A model generated the notes under the pieces. It was not told the DNA's origin. It was given only the letters and a program-made list of their open reading frames with translations, and made no database searches. From Vitrella brassicaformis CCMP3155 (lineage: Eukaryota > Protista > Chromerida): 64,000 bases of DNA. The position numbers and the translations under genes are program-made. Of this stretch, positions 60,972-64,000 are shown piece after piece (position 1 is the stretch's first letter; each line of letters opens with the position of its first letter). The stretch spans positions 62,020 through 126,019 of the forward strand of contig CDMY01000313.1 of the NCBI GenBank assembly GCA_001179505.1. Direction: 5' to 3'.

Positions 60972-62966
60972 TTATTTATCTCGCCGCCGCCACAACCAGC
61001 TCATGAAGCCCTTGGGCTTCCTCGACCCGACCCCGACAGCAGCGTGCGGTGCTGCCGCTTTAAACCAACCACCCCTGGCGGTCTCGATGTGCCATATCTC
61101 CATCTCCTTCGCGGTGAAATACGGTTCGCCCGCCAGTGTGCCTTCGTTGCTGGAGTTCAATTGGCCGAGGTAGCCGTTGTCGGGCAAGTCCTCCTCCTTG
61201 ACAAACTGATTCATGCTGCGCACGTCATCCGAGGGGCCGGGGGTGGCCCACCCAAACCACAGGTACCCCCAGCCCAAAGACAACTGCACACAGTCACAGT
61301 CCTGTCATTGTGCTCGTGCTGCTTTGTTCTTCCCACCTTGCCACGTGAGTCCTGATCGTTAGCTATCTGAAACGCGTCGCGGCCGGCAACATGCACCGTC
61401 TGTTTGGCCGTGGGGATGGGCACCTTGGTCGGCACCGCGTACGCACCGCTGATCGAGATGAGGAACTGGGGCGCGAAATAGCTGCTGCTGGTCTGTGTGG
61501 GGTCTGTGGGGTCGGTGGGCGGCTTGAGTCGGCCGTCGACAAATGCGCCAAATCGGTGTGTGTCGTTGTGGTTGATGAGGAAGAGCAGACCACTCGCATC
61601 GCCCACCTTGTCCAGCAGCGTGCCGAAGTCACCACCATCACGACTAGACCTGACAGACAGCCGGGAGCCGCTCCCGTTCAACATTTAGGGTTTAGAACAT
61701 TCGTGAGTGCCCAGCCCACTTGAAGAGCAGCGATGGTCTGCATGTGGGCCTGTCCATTAGGTCGAGGACGGCCACCCACTCCTCTGGCGACGTAATGACC
61801 CACTCTTGGCCGGAAGGTAGGTCCAGGATTGGCGAGTAAGTGAGACCATACATCGCCAAATCTTCCCGAAACAGCTCACGCTCGCTCTCGTCCATCAGCG
61901 GGGGCCGGATGAGCTGTCCCTTTAGCATGGCGATGCGACGAGCGAACTCGACTGTGTTGACGAAGTGCTTGGTGGGGGTCTGACGCACACGGCGATCGCC
62001 CCAGCAGGGCAGAGTACTGCACAACCATACATAGACACCCCAGAGCACCCAACGTGACCTGCTGTGCTGCCCCGTCTGCCCTTTGTGTGTCCACCCACTT
62101 TGAGAATCGCGTGAGCAGGGGATGGTCAGCTCCCAGTCGCAGCAGCGTGCGCCTCTGGATGACGACCTGCCGGCCGAGGACGTTCAGGCTCAGCACCGCC
62201 AGGTCGTCTCCGGTGTCGTCTTGGCCCTTCATGAAGGGCTCCATGGCCGAGAGGAATCGGACCACCTCCTCCCTGCGCCGCGTGAGCCTCTTCATGACCT
62301 TTTCCAGGTCGCTCAGCGACGTCTGGATGACGTTCCCCAGGGCCTTCTCGTCACATGCGGCATCAACCGCCCGGGCCATGGCGGCACCGCGGCTGCTGTG
62401 TGTCGGAGGTGCGAAGGATGGCAGCTCGCGCATGAAGAGGGAGTGGTACTCGCTGTAAGCCGGGTCGGCCGCCTTGGAGGGCGGCAGGTCGACGGTGTTG
62501 GTGCGGCCGGTCTCGTAGAGTGTCAGCTCGTCCAGCAAAGCCTCAAAGTATGCCGGTGAGGTCTCCAGATAGACATGGCCGTCGGCATCTCGCGGGAGGC
62601 CGTCAGCGAAGAGCATCAGCAGGACAGAGATGTACCGACGCTTCATGCAGGGGAGAAGCAGCGCACGGCGGGAAACGGGAAACACCACGCCACCTGATCG
62701 TCCGACACACACACGACGGACCAACACAGACAGTCAGATGACCGGCATGCCCGGTGTCCTTTCCTTCCCTGCTCACCTGCATTGACGAGCATCTCGCCAG
62801 TGGTCTCGGCGGGGTGCGACACGCCGCCTCGCGAAGCAACGAGCCGCGAGATCTCATCCGTCAGCACCCTTTTGGCCCTCGTGAGCTGCTCGATTGACGC
62901 ATCGAAGTCGCCATCGATGGTGTCGCATCCGCCAATCAACTCGAGCATCACGACGCTCACAGGCAT
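60972..62966 (-). CDS. BTB/POZ (tandem) plus TLDc domain protein, paralog B
   Basis: GEMLVNAG|..VSRRALLL...LPRDADGHVYLETSPAYFEALL (BTB); LSLNVLGRQVVIQRRTLLRLGADHPLLTRFS (second BTB); TLDc LLFK|SSRDGGDFGTLLDKVGDASGLLFLINHNDTHRFGAF...FTAKEMEIWH. Start position is uncertain. Confidence 0.83.
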
Positions 62967-63188
62967 GAGTCAATGGCTGAGTGAACGAAAGATCTTGATC
63001 TGCCTCCTCTGCTGCCCCGGGTGTGTGTCGAGAGAGAGTGGTTTCACGGTTACCCTGAGCCGCGAGAGCTCCCAAACGCTCCCCAACGCTCAAAGAACCA
63101 GCCCTCTCCCATTGCCATATGCCGCAGGAGAGTCAGATCACTTCGTTGGCTGCCGCAGCCGGGGAGACTCACGAGGACCCAGTCTGCA

Positions 63189-64000
63189 ATGATGAGATCA
63201 ACCGATTGGCGACCTTCATCCTCGCACTATCCGTTGCATCTCGATAGAGCAGCAGCATCGACACCGAGCTCGGGTACACCGACGGACGCGCCCACACGTG
63301 CACACGGTGCCTGCACAGAGCTTTGCACAGTGGCGCATTTGGTTTTGTCGTCTGTCTAATGTCTGTCTGTCTGTCGGGTTGTCATGGTGCCCCTCCCCTG
63401 CAGGAGGGCACGAGAATCGGCCGGCCACCTCTCCACCGCCCCCGTCATTCAGGAAGCTGTCGGAGCACCAGAGCGGCGCCAGGGGCGTCTATTACCACAA
63501 GGGCAGCAAGGCATGGGCGGCCAACTGGTACGAGGACGGCAGACAGAGAGAGAAGAAGTTTTCTGCGAGGAAGTTGGGCTATGAGGGCGCCAAGCAGGCC
63601 GCCATCTCCCACAGACGGAAGATGGAGAAACAACAGTATGACTATCGGCCGGCCGCCTCCTCCCCGCCCCCGTCATTCGAGCTGGATGACGACAGTCGTC
63701 CACCGATCCGCCCCACCAAGCGGCGACGCAACGGCACGATGGATCACAGCAGCACTGCCGATGACACCCAACCAACAGACAGCAATGGGCGGCCGGCCGG
63801 CGAGTCGGCCAGTGACATCAACCGGCTTGACACGACGTGTGATACGGCCGCGCTGGCCATTTTGCTGGAGGGTGTGCGTGCGAGCGATCCTGAGAGTGGC
63901 GGTCGGTATGAGATCGTCACAGTGATGGTGGCCGGCCACCAGACGAGGGCCATTCGGTGGATGCCAACAGGTGCGTCTCACTCGTCCGTTCACTGACTGC
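63189..64000 (+). CDS. AP2-domain protein, paralog 3 (runs off the window end)
   Basis: EHQSGARGVYYHKGSKAWAANWYEDGRQREKKFSARKLGYEGAKQAAISHRRKME, then a near-copy of 47030-47390 including the following intron donor. Confidence 0.85.

Noticed and set aside
21189-64000. AP2 genes as HNH-AP2 homing endonucleases or part of an autonomous transposon
   Set aside because: No HNH, transposase, integrase or reverse-transcriptase motif, terminal repeats or target-site duplications were found; the genes carry ordinary spliceosomal introns.

Overview
Intron-rich, GC-rich eukaryotic genomic DNA with five ~300-nt N gaps. A nuclear Psb28 with a bipartite plastid-targeting leader, expanded ApiAP2-type domains and short CA/TG-rich introns point to a photosynthetic alveolate, most likely a chromerid such as Vitrella (inference). 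Single-copy conserved genes, in order: Psb28(-), K+-dependent vacuolar H+-PPase(+), RMI1-like(-), an FMN split-barrel/PNPOx-like membrane protein(+), SMC5(-), plastid-type Hsp33(+), HID1(-) and a TMC-family channel(+). Between them, three lineage-expanded families (multi-AP2 factors, TLDc or BTB-TLDc proteins, F-box-like proteins) recur as three related neighbourhoods at ~21-28 kb, ~43-54 kb and ~61-64 kb. The most notable observations are: (1) this recurring AP2/TLDc/F-box neighbourhood and an unnamed ~36-aa motif shared by the AP2 paralogs; (2) polarised (CA)n-5'/(TG)n-3' introns that could fold into splice-site-bridging hairpins; (3) duplicated terminal exons of the TMC gene that look purified in both copies; (4) a 10-nt micro-exon completing the SMC5 Walker A motif; (5) a duplication that copied the Hsp33 promoter in front of an orphan gene. 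No CRISPR array, rRNA, tRNA or transposase was recognised. Exon boundaries were inferred by eye.
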